Shown here in pieces: positions 31,045 through 43,100 of a DNA stretch of 64,000 nt. The notes below the pieces were generated by a model that was not told the origin of the DNA, searched no databases, and was given only the letters and a program-made list of their open reading frames with translations. The DNA is from Tubulanus polymorphus (lineage: Eukaryota; Animalia; Nemertea). Positions within the stretch are counted from its first letter, which is position 1. The number at the start of each line of letters is the position of its first letter. The position numbers and the translations under genes were made by a program. Location of the stretch: contig NC_134025.1 of the NCBI RefSeq assembly GCF_964204645.1, forward strand, positions 1,798,001 to 1,862,000, given 5' to 3'.

Positions 31045-33099
31045 ATGGCTGAAGCTGTAGTGAGTCAGAAAAGAAGTATCAGCGAATGTATCGATCATTT
31101 AGAAGGTGTTAAAGTGGTTTTACTCGATATCGAAGGAACGACCACCCCGATTACATTCGTTAAAGTAAGTTCGATTCTACTAAAACTGGTCTGTTCAATA
31201 TCCGCTCAGTTAGTCTGAAAACCAGTCGTTGTTACCGGCTCCCTACAACGGTTGTTTGTAGAACGACGGCTAGGTACTAGACTACCGCTCAGTCTAATCC
31301 AAGTTATTCTATTCATTCGTTTTATTTTATAGGAAAAGCTTTTCCCCTATGTAAAAGAGAATGTCGAAGAATATTTGAATACTCATTACGATGAGGATGA
31401 ATGCCATGAAGATATTAAAGTGCTTCGAGAACAGGTACGTAAAACATTATTAAGCTTGCCACCAACTCACTGAGCCGATGATTAACATATAATGATTAAG
31501 TAACTAATGTCAGAGTAAAATATATGATAGATAAGCCAAGGCCTCCTCTCCAAACCTCATTTGTGAGAAGTTAGTAGTTATGTTTTCAGACATACCTTCT
31601 TTTAGCCTTTGTTACCCCAAGATTGTCTGGTAGGTATCGAGATTATCTCTCCCTAGCCTGTACACAGTCCTGTGTGATTTTATTTGAAGGCTTTGAAAGA
31701 TGAAAAGGAAGAAGTAGAAGGCGTCGTAACAATACCGAATAAAGATTCCGAGAAAGATGAAATTATTAAAAAAGCCGTTGAGAATATTCTATGGCAGATG
31801 TCTCTCGATCGTAAAACAACCGGTCTTAAACAACTTCAAGGTCACATATGGAGGCACGCGTATAAATCAGGAAATATAAAATCTCCGTAAGTATTTTAGA
31901 TTTTAGGACAAATAAGAAAAGTAGTAAGTTTCTCATCATTTCTGATGGTATTGTTTTCTGTGCGATTTTCTCAGAATTTTTTAAATATATTTTGAAATTT
32001 TGAACTGATAAGAAACTAGTTATTTTATTTAGCCTTACTGTGTTTATTGATATTCAGTATTTTGAGAAATTATACATCATTGTTATTTCAGAGTTTACGA
32101 AGACGTTTCAGACGCTATGAAGAAATTAACTAAAACCGATCGGAAAGTTTATATCTATTCATCAGGGAGCGTTGAAGCTCAGAAATTGATATATCGTTAT
32201 TCCGATCAGGGAGATTTAACTGAGGTCAGTACATAGTTCATCAAATATGTGTCCACACAGACTGACCACTTCTCCCTTTGTACTGACAAAATACTCCTCG
32301 TATTATTGGATGTTACACAATCGTCATTCTCTCCAATTCTACTCCAATTCATCGTGATAGCGACCCATCCCTGCTCCAACTGCCCAGGAGTTAGAACACT
32401 GGAGCAATCTCAACGGTCGCGCATGATCCGAGAGGGAAATGAAATATCAATATTAACATCACAGGTTAAGATCTATGATTCTAATTACAGTATCTGTCTG
32501 GTCATTTCGATACAAAAATTGGAGCTAAAGGTGATAAAGAAAGCTACACAAAGATAGTCGAGGAGATTGATTGTAAACCTGAAGAAGCTCTTTTCTTGAC
32601 TGATATTCCTAAAGGTAAGTAAAGCTTTCGATGAACTATGAAGAGTTCGTACCCCGCTGTTTAAATGTTGGTATATTTATAATCACATGGTTCCTACAAA
32701 TCAGGGAATTCCTGATTGCACAGATAATCAGGGAATTCTGACTCATTTCTTGAAAATCGGGGAATTTGTATTTTTGTTTTTGGTGTCTTGTTGGTCTTGC
32801 TAGTGACGAGTGGCACGAGGAACCATTTGATAAGAAACAGTCCCCAATGCGGATATCTTATGATTTGATCGAGGAATTATTGAGCAAGGATTGCCTGATC
32901 TTTTAAGAACCCTGTGTAAGTAGTAAGGTTTTGAAATTAATTTTTATCATCTTATTTTTGTACAGAATGCAAGGCTGCATTAGAAGCAGGACTGAAAGCT
33001 TGTGTCGTTATCCGTCCTGGGAATGCAGAATTAACCGAAGATGAAAAGAAAACCTACAATCAAATCTCTTCTTTTGCAGAGTTATTTCCTGAAAAGTGA
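31045..33099 (+). CDS. ENOPH1: Enolase-phosphatase E1 (HAD family, methionine salvage), 6 exons
   Basis: Exons 31045-31164 (LLDIEGTTTPITFVK), 31333-31434 (LFPYV), 31690-31886 (MSLDRKTTGLKQLQGHIW), 32092-32224 (YIYSSGSVEAQKL), 32491-32614 (GHFDTKIGAK..LFLTD), 32966-33099 (VIRPGNA, stop TGA). AATAAA at ~33693. Confidence 0.98.
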
Positions 33100-34179
33100 A
33101 TTCATTTTCTGTTTATTACGAGTAATGGAATTACTCTGTAACGATGTAAGACATAATCATTTCATACAATTCACAAACTATTGTATCATCGAGCTAAAGG
33201 TATTGAATTTTTGTTAAAACAGTGATTAGCACGATATCTTGTTTAGCATTCAGGATATTTTGATTTACGATCTTTAAATGTCTAGTGTGACAAGATGAAA
33301 TAATTTTAGAGGTTCAGGGTAATTGAAATGTCGTGCATACAGAAAATGATCAGTGGAATTTAAGATGGCAGCAAAATTCAATGTTGTATCGTGTTAATAA
33401 TATTGTGTTGATTGTTGTATTTATTTGGTACTTTCTGCCACAAGTATTTTGTATCAGGGCATTTTATCTAGGCTGTCTGTCATTAAATCAATGGCTAATT
33501 TCAGTTGAGATGAGTAAATTATTTAGTTGATCTTCCAACCAGATTTTGGTAATGAATTGACTTTTATTCTCCCGGTTATTTTAACCCAATATTTATGGGT
33601 TTCGACAAGTTTTAAACCACCGCAGTTGATTTCCAGCATTATGCATTGTCTCATCGCTGTATTTTTATTACATGTTGTGCTTCGATTTATCGAATAAAAG
33701 TAAATTTGAAAAATATTAGAATCATGTATTTCTTGTTTTTATGATTTGATGGAGTGGTGGTAGAAGTCTATTGTTTGCCAGGCAGTGGAGGAACCTTCAA
33801 ATGTCTTTTTTCCTCATCAGCAGAACGGTTCAAAGATACATTTATCTAATGAAATACCATTCATCATCATCATTTTACAGTTGTATGAGGAATTTTTCCT
33901 TTGGACTTAATTGAATGGTGAGGGCTTGCGTGTGTGTACTTAGTCGCACCAATGTTTGTCAAGGAGGGATTTGAATTGTTCACGTCTCTTATAATTAATC
34001 TATTTTTCTGACTCGAATCCATTCTACCTACCTGTTGCTCTAAAGGATTGATTGCCCGAGAGAGTTCTAATGGACGAATATCGTATGAAAGGGTACAGCT
34101 AATGAACGGTGCAGGTTACACATGACTGGTCGAGTCTCGGGTACAACTTACACTTTCAAACCGAGGTGATCGTAACAAT

Positions 34180-34250
34180 TCAGTAGCGAAGTGGTAAGTA
34201 CGCTAGGTTGTAGTGCTGAAGGTCGTGAGCTCGAAACTTGTGGTGGCCGA
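34180..34250 (+). mobile_element. tRNA-derived SINE head or tRNA pseudogene
   Basis: A-box-like TAGCGAAGTGG and B-box-like GAGCTCGAAAC at tRNA spacing. The acceptor stem does not pair. Confidence 0.5.
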
Positions 34251-34409
34251 TTATTTTCCGTCCAATTTTTGATTTTTGATTAAGCTAAAATTACCAAACA
34301 ACAAGGATTCAACATGATGATTTTCGATTACAAAATATTTCGTGGATGAAGTTCTGGATATAGCATTAACGGCATTAGCCTTTATTGTAAACTGAAAAGT
34401 TGATACATT

Positions 34410-35228
34410 TTATTTGCTTTTGTAATCAGAGCAAGGTAAACACGAGTCCCTGTGCGAGTGATGACCCCAACTTCGACCTCCATTTTTGCAACATTCGATG
34501 TAATTAACCAGTACACCATGAAATCCTTTAGCATTTCCATGATGACAGTGATGACCTTTATAACAGAATTTCTCCATTTCTATCACTTCTATTTTAAATA
34601 TAGATCAAAATTGTTTTTATCATTTTTGAAATACTGCTCGAAGATATAGGTGAAATACTGGATTCTAACCTGTTCTACAACCCGCACCGGTCCAACCATC
34701 GCAACATTTATATACGTTCCTGTTTGAATAATCATAAAAAATCTGAATAGAATTACATGGAGAACATAAAATTATGCGAAGATATCGGTTGATGGTAATA
34801 GGGTGTGAATGAACTTTTCAATGAACATACTTGAGAAAAGTACATTGAGGTACATTTGAATCTTTAAATTCTATCCATTGCAACAACAAGGCTTCTATTT
34901 GTTCAATGCCCATATCATCAAATACATGAGAGACTGCCGGGTCGAGATTGAAGCCACCAAGAGTCTGCTGTACATATTCCGAACATCTAACTGTACGTCT
35001 CTCCATCGATGTACAAAACCTTGCAGAAATATATATGTGCGTCAGAACATTTATGTTCTAGCGACCAGTTTTGAATGACTATCACATCCCAAAAGAGTAC
35101 TTTGATGTCCATAAGGCAATATTACTGACACTACCTCGCAGAAATGCACTAATTTTCTTTGTTGACAAAGTAGAAAATGGTATGACTAAAAAGAATTTGA
35201 TGGACATGTACAAGTCTCACACGTCCCC
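34410..35228 (-). CDS. Uncharacterised Cys/His-rich protein with EMI-like and TB(8-Cys)-like modules; N-terminal exon not located
   Basis: Phase-consistent exons: 35228-35221 (putative 8-nt microexon), 35019-34831 (FCTSMERRTVRC..PQCTFL), 34719-34670 (KNVYKCCDGWTGAGCRT), 34588-34410 (FCYKGHHC..NYIECCKNGGRSWG..SCLPC.., stop TAA). AATAAA overlaps the stop and recurs at ~34381. Confidence 0.75.
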
Positions 35229-36941
35229 CTGTTATAGGAAACATTAATATCAAATTCACTATTAAGATTGAAATAGGTTAATAGCACATATACTTAGTCT
35301 GTATACAGGGTGTAGTCAGAACAATGAAAATTATCACTCCAATAAACCGACTTGTCCTCTCCATAATAGTGTATAAAACAATCAAAGAATTATAACGCAA
35401 TGATAGGTATTCAAATTTGAGAGTATTGCCCAGTTGCCCAGTCTGCGCTAGGCACAATCAACAAATAATGTCATAATGATTGGTCAGTTGTGGATTGATC
35501 CATCTGATATATATATATATATGGCAAGAAACATTGATCTATCTGAACATATTGCTGTGACACACCAGATGCTGAATTATACACGTACCGGTACTGTGTC
35601 ATTAGCAGCCGTCATCGTGATGCGATGATCTCGAATTTCGTGGATTATAGAAAAGCAAATTTCCATCAGAACGGAACCAAATTCTACATCATTTGATCTT
35701 AGACACCAAGAACACCTACGAATGGCTTCCCAAGTCTGAGTATACGTGAATAAATTCCATTTCCATCAGTACAGAACCAAATTCAGTCATCTTGGTAAAA
35801 ATGTCTATGAAACTACGAAAAAAAACAAGAATGGCCTCACATCTTCAGAATGAATTCATCAGTACGTTGGGTGTATTTACTGAACTGCCGCTGTTATTCA
35901 GGGAATATGTTGTCGCTGGTCCTCATATCTTCCCAATTGAGGTCAAACATAGGGAGCCGTCAAGGTTGAGCAGGGAACACACAGCGGAATCATTGTCCAA
36001 CTTCATCTCATTCTCGGATCAGCCTCCTCAGTCTGCTGGAGCAAGAACAGATAGAAACGAAAACTATCACATATCTCCAAAAAAGATCAATATGGTTTAT
36101 TTGGCTTGTAGTTTATATACAATTTTTACAGGTTTATTATATAAGTTTAGCACTACTGGTGTATTAAACCAGAAATTGCACAGAACTTGATGATCACCAA
36201 ATGACAACTAAACAAATTGTGCAATTTCTACGGAAAAGAAGTTCCACATATTGAGTACGTTTCACGGTTTATCCAATAGAAATTATCATCGAGAGACTAA
36301 TATTGCAGACTTAAACAAATGAATGCTTTTAATGAAATGAAATCTACAAAACTCTGTAGCAAATAAAACCGAGAGCGAACAAAGCATAGCGACGCAAGTG
36401 TCGAAATAATCGAAACAAAATCTAGAATTTACAATTACGAAAGTTTTCTCATAAATGCTATCGTATCGAATAGCTGGAAAAAGTCACCTTGATTAGAGAA
36501 CAGGGAATAACAGGGTTTACAGGGATATACGTGTTATTGTATTACAAAGACACTAAGTATTTTACGTGAATAACAGAGAAACTAAACTCAAATTTGGTTT
36601 GTCGAAATATAAAATGCAATGAGATGTAAAGAACCTAATGAGTTATATCTGAAATACATTAGAATACTATTCATTGTCGCTAATTCTATATACGCAACAA
36701 CGATATAAATACTGCCTGTTCCCACAACAAACATTTTTATATAAAAATATAAATGCATTCAAGTATGCATGCACCTTGAATTCAGGGTATCTTTGCATCA
36801 ATGTATTTCACATGTATTACGGGTACACGGTATGAAAGATTGCGCTATGCCGGTGACAAGAAATCATTATCAACATGAACTTTATTCTTGTAACACGAAA
36901 TTAATCGTATACAGTTAAATTAAGGCAGGGAATTAGATCAT

Positions 36942-37176
36942 CAGGGGCAGATTCAGGGTGACCAGACTCCCTCCCTATTTTTTTCCAAAATACACATTAT
37001 TTCCGGTGATATTGTTTTAGAATTGCTCTAAATGCTCAGAAAATTAGACTTGTTTCATATTTTCTATCTCTATAAGACTTGATGTCTATGAGGCTCGCTG
37101 TGCTGTATGTACCTGTATAAACAACTAGGCCTAGGAAGATTTCGGCCCCCTATTTCAAATCCTGGATCTGCCCTTG
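36942..37176. mobile_element. MITE, hAT-like termini
   Basis: CAGGGGCAGATTCAGG ... CCTGGATCTGCCCTTG. No clear TSD. Confidence 0.6.
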
Positions 37177-40100
37177 ATTATTACATTCAATATTTCATTG
37201 TTGTTGCTGATTTCTTGTCCCATTAAGCAGACGTTATAAAATTGTGTTCAGTGTTTTACGAAACATTTTTTGGAAGAGACATTTGACTGACTGAATATAC
37301 ATAGAAAACCCATTACAAGTTCAAGATGACTAAAAACTTACAAAAACTGGTTGACGCCCGACCACCCAAACCAATGAGCAAATAGCTATTATGAAATACT
37401 GATTACATGACGAGTATTCAACCCTACCCACGAAAAAAATCAGTAAATTAGCGAATACCGTTTACAATACTTAGATCCAGCTTGGATTTATTTAACTATG
37501 GCACTAGTTAGTCGTAGTATTTCACTAGAAAAAAAAATGTGTGGTAGGAAAACCTGAATCGTTTGCAAATCTGAAATAATCGTCGTGAATTTTCGCGAAA
37601 ATTTGACTAGAAATGAACGAGTTGAGAGTAAATCATTGTAAAATTTGAAATCATGATTAATCATTCATCAAATCAGTATCTCATCCCATAGTATATTATT
37701 ATTGATAAATGACTAGTCATAGATATTAAAATATAATAGCTACTAGTCTACTGCCATATATATCATCGTCGTGGTTATTCAATTTCTGAACCATCCAACT
37801 TATAAAATGATTCTTAACATTCCAATAAAAGCCATATTATAATTAATACATTAAAGCAAGAGGGAAATTATCATAAATGCCCAACATAGATTAATAGAAT
37901 ACAAATTCATATTCATTTATTGCGAGGCATATTTAAATTAGTTTATCATCACCAACTGGGAAATTCATGAATAAAATGAAGTGCCTATGTATGAGTAGTT
38001 CATTCACTGCGCAAAGAAACGATGAAGAGTTTCAATCTTGAGCAATACAAGAAATACTGTAGAATACACGCGATAATACTGCAACAATCAAATACACAGT
38101 ATTATAATGAATGAACACAGTTGGTTGTAAAACAAACCCGACTATTAGAACAAATTAATGCCATTTTGATTTTTCAACTCAAAATGCTATTGGCAATTTT
38201 CAACACAAAATTGCTGATAACATTTTTTGAGTCAAAAGGTCAAAATCCTCTATTACTTTTTCTTAGTAATTTTGGGTTTTTTCAATTGAATTAGATAATT
38301 CACTTGTCAATGGAAACCAACAATAAGTCGATAGTGTTCAGTTGGTGACGATATCTAAATTATTATAAGCATATCCTTTAAAGGCAACATTCAATAGGTC
38401 ATAGATAATGAAGGTTAATTTACAAACGTAAAATTTTGAAATGGATTTATTTATTGATACGGTAAACTTTTTGTCCCTGATTTCTACTCTGTTTTTCTAG
38501 CGAAAGAATTTCGAACAAATCTAGAAGGTTTTTCCTAAAATATATACGTCGAATATCGAAATCAAGAAATTTAATCTACAAAAATATCTACATCACATGA
38601 TAATATTTCATAATAATTATAATGATAATAATCATAATAATAATAATAATGTCATCATCAGTTACATTAGTTAATTAAATATACAATTACTAAATGTAAT
38701 CTATTTCTAATTCATCGCGAGAACCCTGATGAAATGAGCAAGTCAAGTACATTAAAATCATCAGTTTTTAAATCAAAAAATCATATTTTCTGTTCATTTT
38801 CTTTTTCAATTTTTTTTACAAAAAGGCTGCATAGTAACAACAAAAACAAGTGATACCGACACAGAAACACCGTAACATTGTGCATCCAAATGTTCGCCTC
38901 AGATGTTGAAAGAGATAATCTTAACAAATTAGCCATCCATTTTAGGCCTCGTGCTACAAGTTCTGATTGATTGATTTTTTATGGAAATGTGGATTTTTGT
39001 GGCTTTAACGAGAAAAAACATTGATGACATCGGCATCAAACTGACACTCATTCAATACAAAATTACTTATACTTAATCAATGTGTCGAATTGACACCTCA
39101 TAAATTTGGCAACATAATTGTATTTAATTGATTCGTAATCCACATTTGGGATCAATTTTCGATCATAAAAATCAAAATTTTCTTTCTACAAAATATCTCA
39201 TCACCCCTAATAATAATAATAATAATAATATTAATAATAATATTAGTACATTCGTTTCATTTTCAATCCATTAAAATCAAAAATCTAATACATTTCATAA
39301 TTTCTACCCAAATCCCTCAAAAATCATAAAAATTCTAATCGACATTCTTTCATTAAATAGACATGAAAAATGGAAGATCTGTATAAGACATGAATCAGTG
39401 TTTATCAAGAGATCCTTCATCCTAGTGACAACATTAGACACATGTAAAAATATCTCACAATACATAAAACTCTTGCAGACGTGAAACTCCCCAGAGATTG
39501 TACAACTAGCGAAACTAAAATCATCAACTCAAAATTTTAATCGTTCTTTTAAAAGGAACTTATTGAGACAAAGCCGGTGAAATCTACCGGTAGATTTAAA
39601 TGCGGTTAATGATGACAGATTTTTGACAATTACCTCGAAAAATTAATACTTTAGATCTATCAAATAGAATTTCATCAAATGCAAATTATCGAACACGAAA
39701 AATTCAAACTAACTATCGAAATCAACAATGAAATAAGTGATATTTTGAGAACTACGTTGTTGTCCAAGATTTCTGATAACCAGCAGTCAATCTGTTCTAA
39801 GAACTTCTTGAAGTAATACACCTCGGTTTACTTCTCCAAGATCTACCGCATTGTTCATTCATTTGACGTAAATGCAAGATTTTCAATGTACAGACAAACA
39901 GACCCCCAGCAGTGTACGCTTAACTAATTCAACAATATTGCACAGTTTTAGTAAAAAAACATCTCCTGGGGTTTCCAAACATCCCCCGGGGTTTTCTATT
40001 CCTACACGTATCTCTGAAACATAGACATGTTCAACAGGGCCTCGAACCCGGAACGGGGTACATAACAAAAACAAATATTCAACCACTGACGACTTCTCCT

Positions 40101-40178
40101 ACATGAAATATGAATGTAGTTAAGACTGCAGTTTGCACCATATATGAAAGATAACTGAACATTGTTCGCAAAACGTTG

Positions 40179-43100
40179 TTAAGAGGCTGCCTCGACCTTA
40201 TATGGAAGATTATTATTCATAGCCGGGCTGATTGATCGCATCGGTACGATATGAGACGTTTTAATACCGGCTAAATTCAACAACGCGTCAGCGCCCTCTA
40301 CGATCTTCATTTCCTCGTCGTCGCAATACGCCGTGTAGCGTTTCTTCACCGGCAGCGACAGCCGCGACATTTTCTTCACGGTCTGCGGCGGAATGTCGCC
40401 CTCGCCGTCGCTTTCGTTGTAATCGCTCGCATCGCTACGGTAACTATCGTCGGAGCTGTCGATATCGCTCGTGCGGTTGTGGCCGAATTCGTATTCTTCG
40501 TCGATCGATGAAACCGGTGAAACAGGATTCAGACGACTGCGATGACAATCGGTATCACGTATATAACTAGAGGCACTGTACGTATGATCCTCGCTGGGAC
40601 TCGTCGTGAATATCACCGGTGAACCTGGTCTTCTCTTCGGGTACGGCCTATAAACAAACAAACAACAACACTCATCAATAAGATCAGAAGATTTACAAGG
40701 ACCGACTGTCCGATTGCCCGGGACAAGTATATTCTCATCAGGGCGAGTGGGTTATCATCATCACTTGTCCCCCGGGCTAGTGCAATTTTATGTCATAAAA
40801 TTTTTCCCCACTCGATACAACGGATGATAGTGCCACCAATCGGACTGCCTGTGTAGGGCAAGTAGCTTTTGGAGGGGGCAAGAGAAATTCAAGATATGCT
40901 TGCCCCCGGGCAAGTAGCTATCATTCCTTAGATCGGACCCTGATTTATTGAAACTTGAAACCGTAATTGTTCTGGCCGTTCACTAACAGTCTTCATCAGG
41001 TGGAACGATATATAATGTCATATATAATCATATAATATTCCAAGCTGATGATGGCAGTGATGGTTCTATATCTCAATTTATCTGTAACTGACGTGGATTA
41101 GAGTCTCATTTGACTAAAACTGTTCATTTATAAACTGAGCAAGAATACAATTGTTACCAGACAGTGCTGCCATCTTGAGGAACACACTGCCACAAAGAGC
41201 GGCGTTGCAACAATTTTGTTGGCATGATTGATTGCACTTACCAGAATTTTTCACGTAAACCATTGTTATTCAACGGAATCAGAGGCTTCAATCTCGGATC
41301 TGAAAGTAACAAAACATCGACAAGAACTTAAGATTCAAGACCTAATGAGGAACTATACTCATCAAGCAGTATTCAGACATTAACCGTTATCGTATCATCA
41401 CTACGGCATTGTGTTACTAGTTCTCACAGCAAATTAGTTAATGTCAAAGACATAAATGATGTCATAAGAAACAGTTAATGTAACCGGGATAGATTTACGA
41501 TACACATATGACTGAGTCATTAACATACAACACTGCACTACTACTAGTTCATGGCTTCTAGGCACCTTTATCTCTCATACAGGGGCTGTAATTAGTGTAC
41601 AAATTGAGCTGTGTTTCAAACCCTTGTCCACATATACACATTGGGAGGAATGGCCAATATTTGACACCTTTCCATCATGTATTTTGTAAATAGCCCGATA
41701 GAACAACTATTTTTTCAAATGTGGCTGAAGACTTCATAGGATTTTGATAGATCGATCTGAGTGAAGTTCATTGAATGGTCTCGTAATGATTATTACGGGC
41801 TATAATTCATGTGAGGATGACTACTATTTGTTAAGGATGAGTGAATATTTCGACTAATAGTTCTAGAGAGCGACAGTTATCATGCCGTCATGTGATCCCC
41901 GTAAATTTTTCATCCTTGATAAGATAAACAGTTAATCGCTATTGATTCGAGGCAATAACTAGGGGAATAATTCGGCATTTAACCTTCATTAAGCCGACAA
42001 GGATTAAATGACTGTAGATTAATGTATAGCGAATGAACTTACTATCAGAAACGCGGTACATATATTGAGCTGAACCTTTTAGTGATACTAGTGCATTGGC
42101 AACATCGATGTCCGATTCTACAAAAAAAGAAGAGGAAATTCTTATCAACAATTCTTTTAGAATATTATATACTCCATCGAAGATGGACACACCTGGCAGG
42201 CCCAGTGTGACTGATTTAAAGGGAAGTTTGTTTTCATTAAAATGTGATCCTTTTTGACAGATGTCGGTCAATGCTTATAGATGTCACATAGTAATTCTAT
42301 GCTTCCTATAGTTCAATGCCAGTCCTATGTACCTGCAGGCCTATATAACCGGGAGCACATAGGACAAGCATAAAGATTCTGAAAAATCATTTTTCCAAAG
42401 CGGACCTTTTTCAGATTTTGGGTGGTTTGTTGTAACCCCTGTAACACTACAGGCCTGCCTGTTAATTATATCTATGAATTATTGTTTCTCGGTGAATAAA
42501 TCAATATTTAATATTGTCTCGCGTTACAAGTGGCATAAATTTCACCATAAATCTTCACCGCATGGAGTGAAATTTAACAACAGAGTATAATAACGTAACC
42601 CTCACGGCGTATAAGGGTAATTAGCTTACCTGAATTTATCTTTGATTGAGCCAATCTTTTGCTGAGAAATGGGAACAAATCTGTAATACACGAATAAACC
42701 GAGAATTAGGTGAAAATATTCTATTAATATTCAGGGTTGGATTCAGAGTGACGGTTTCTCTTCTTCCATTCTAGAAATCCTAGGTCCTGTTATATAATGA
42801 ACAGTTAGAATAAAGTACACAGCCATTATTATAATAACTGCAGTATGAGGTTAAAGTTTAGTTTGCTGTGACGTTGACTTAAAGCTGAACAAATCAAGTA
42901 AATTTGTTAATTATTGATCGGGTAAAGGGAACTTCCTGCATTCGAGTTACAGCTCTAACAAGTGCTCATATAGAGTCTTTGTCAGCTACAAACAATAAGG
43001 AAATACCGTATACAACATCGAATCAATTATACCATAAACGAGTGACTAGAGATTGATATGAGCGAAGAAAAGGTCTCCACCCGATGATAGCGTGTTAGTT

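Noticed and set aside
34180-34250. Functional tRNA gene
   Set aside because: The acceptor and T stems do not pair properly and the B-box is mutated, so it is treated as SINE-like.
35792-36190. 132-aa + strand ORF, or a minus-strand exon as first exon of the EMI/TB gene
   Set aside because: The ORF has no recognisable domain. The minus-strand segment has stops in all frames and no signal peptide, so it is UTR at most.
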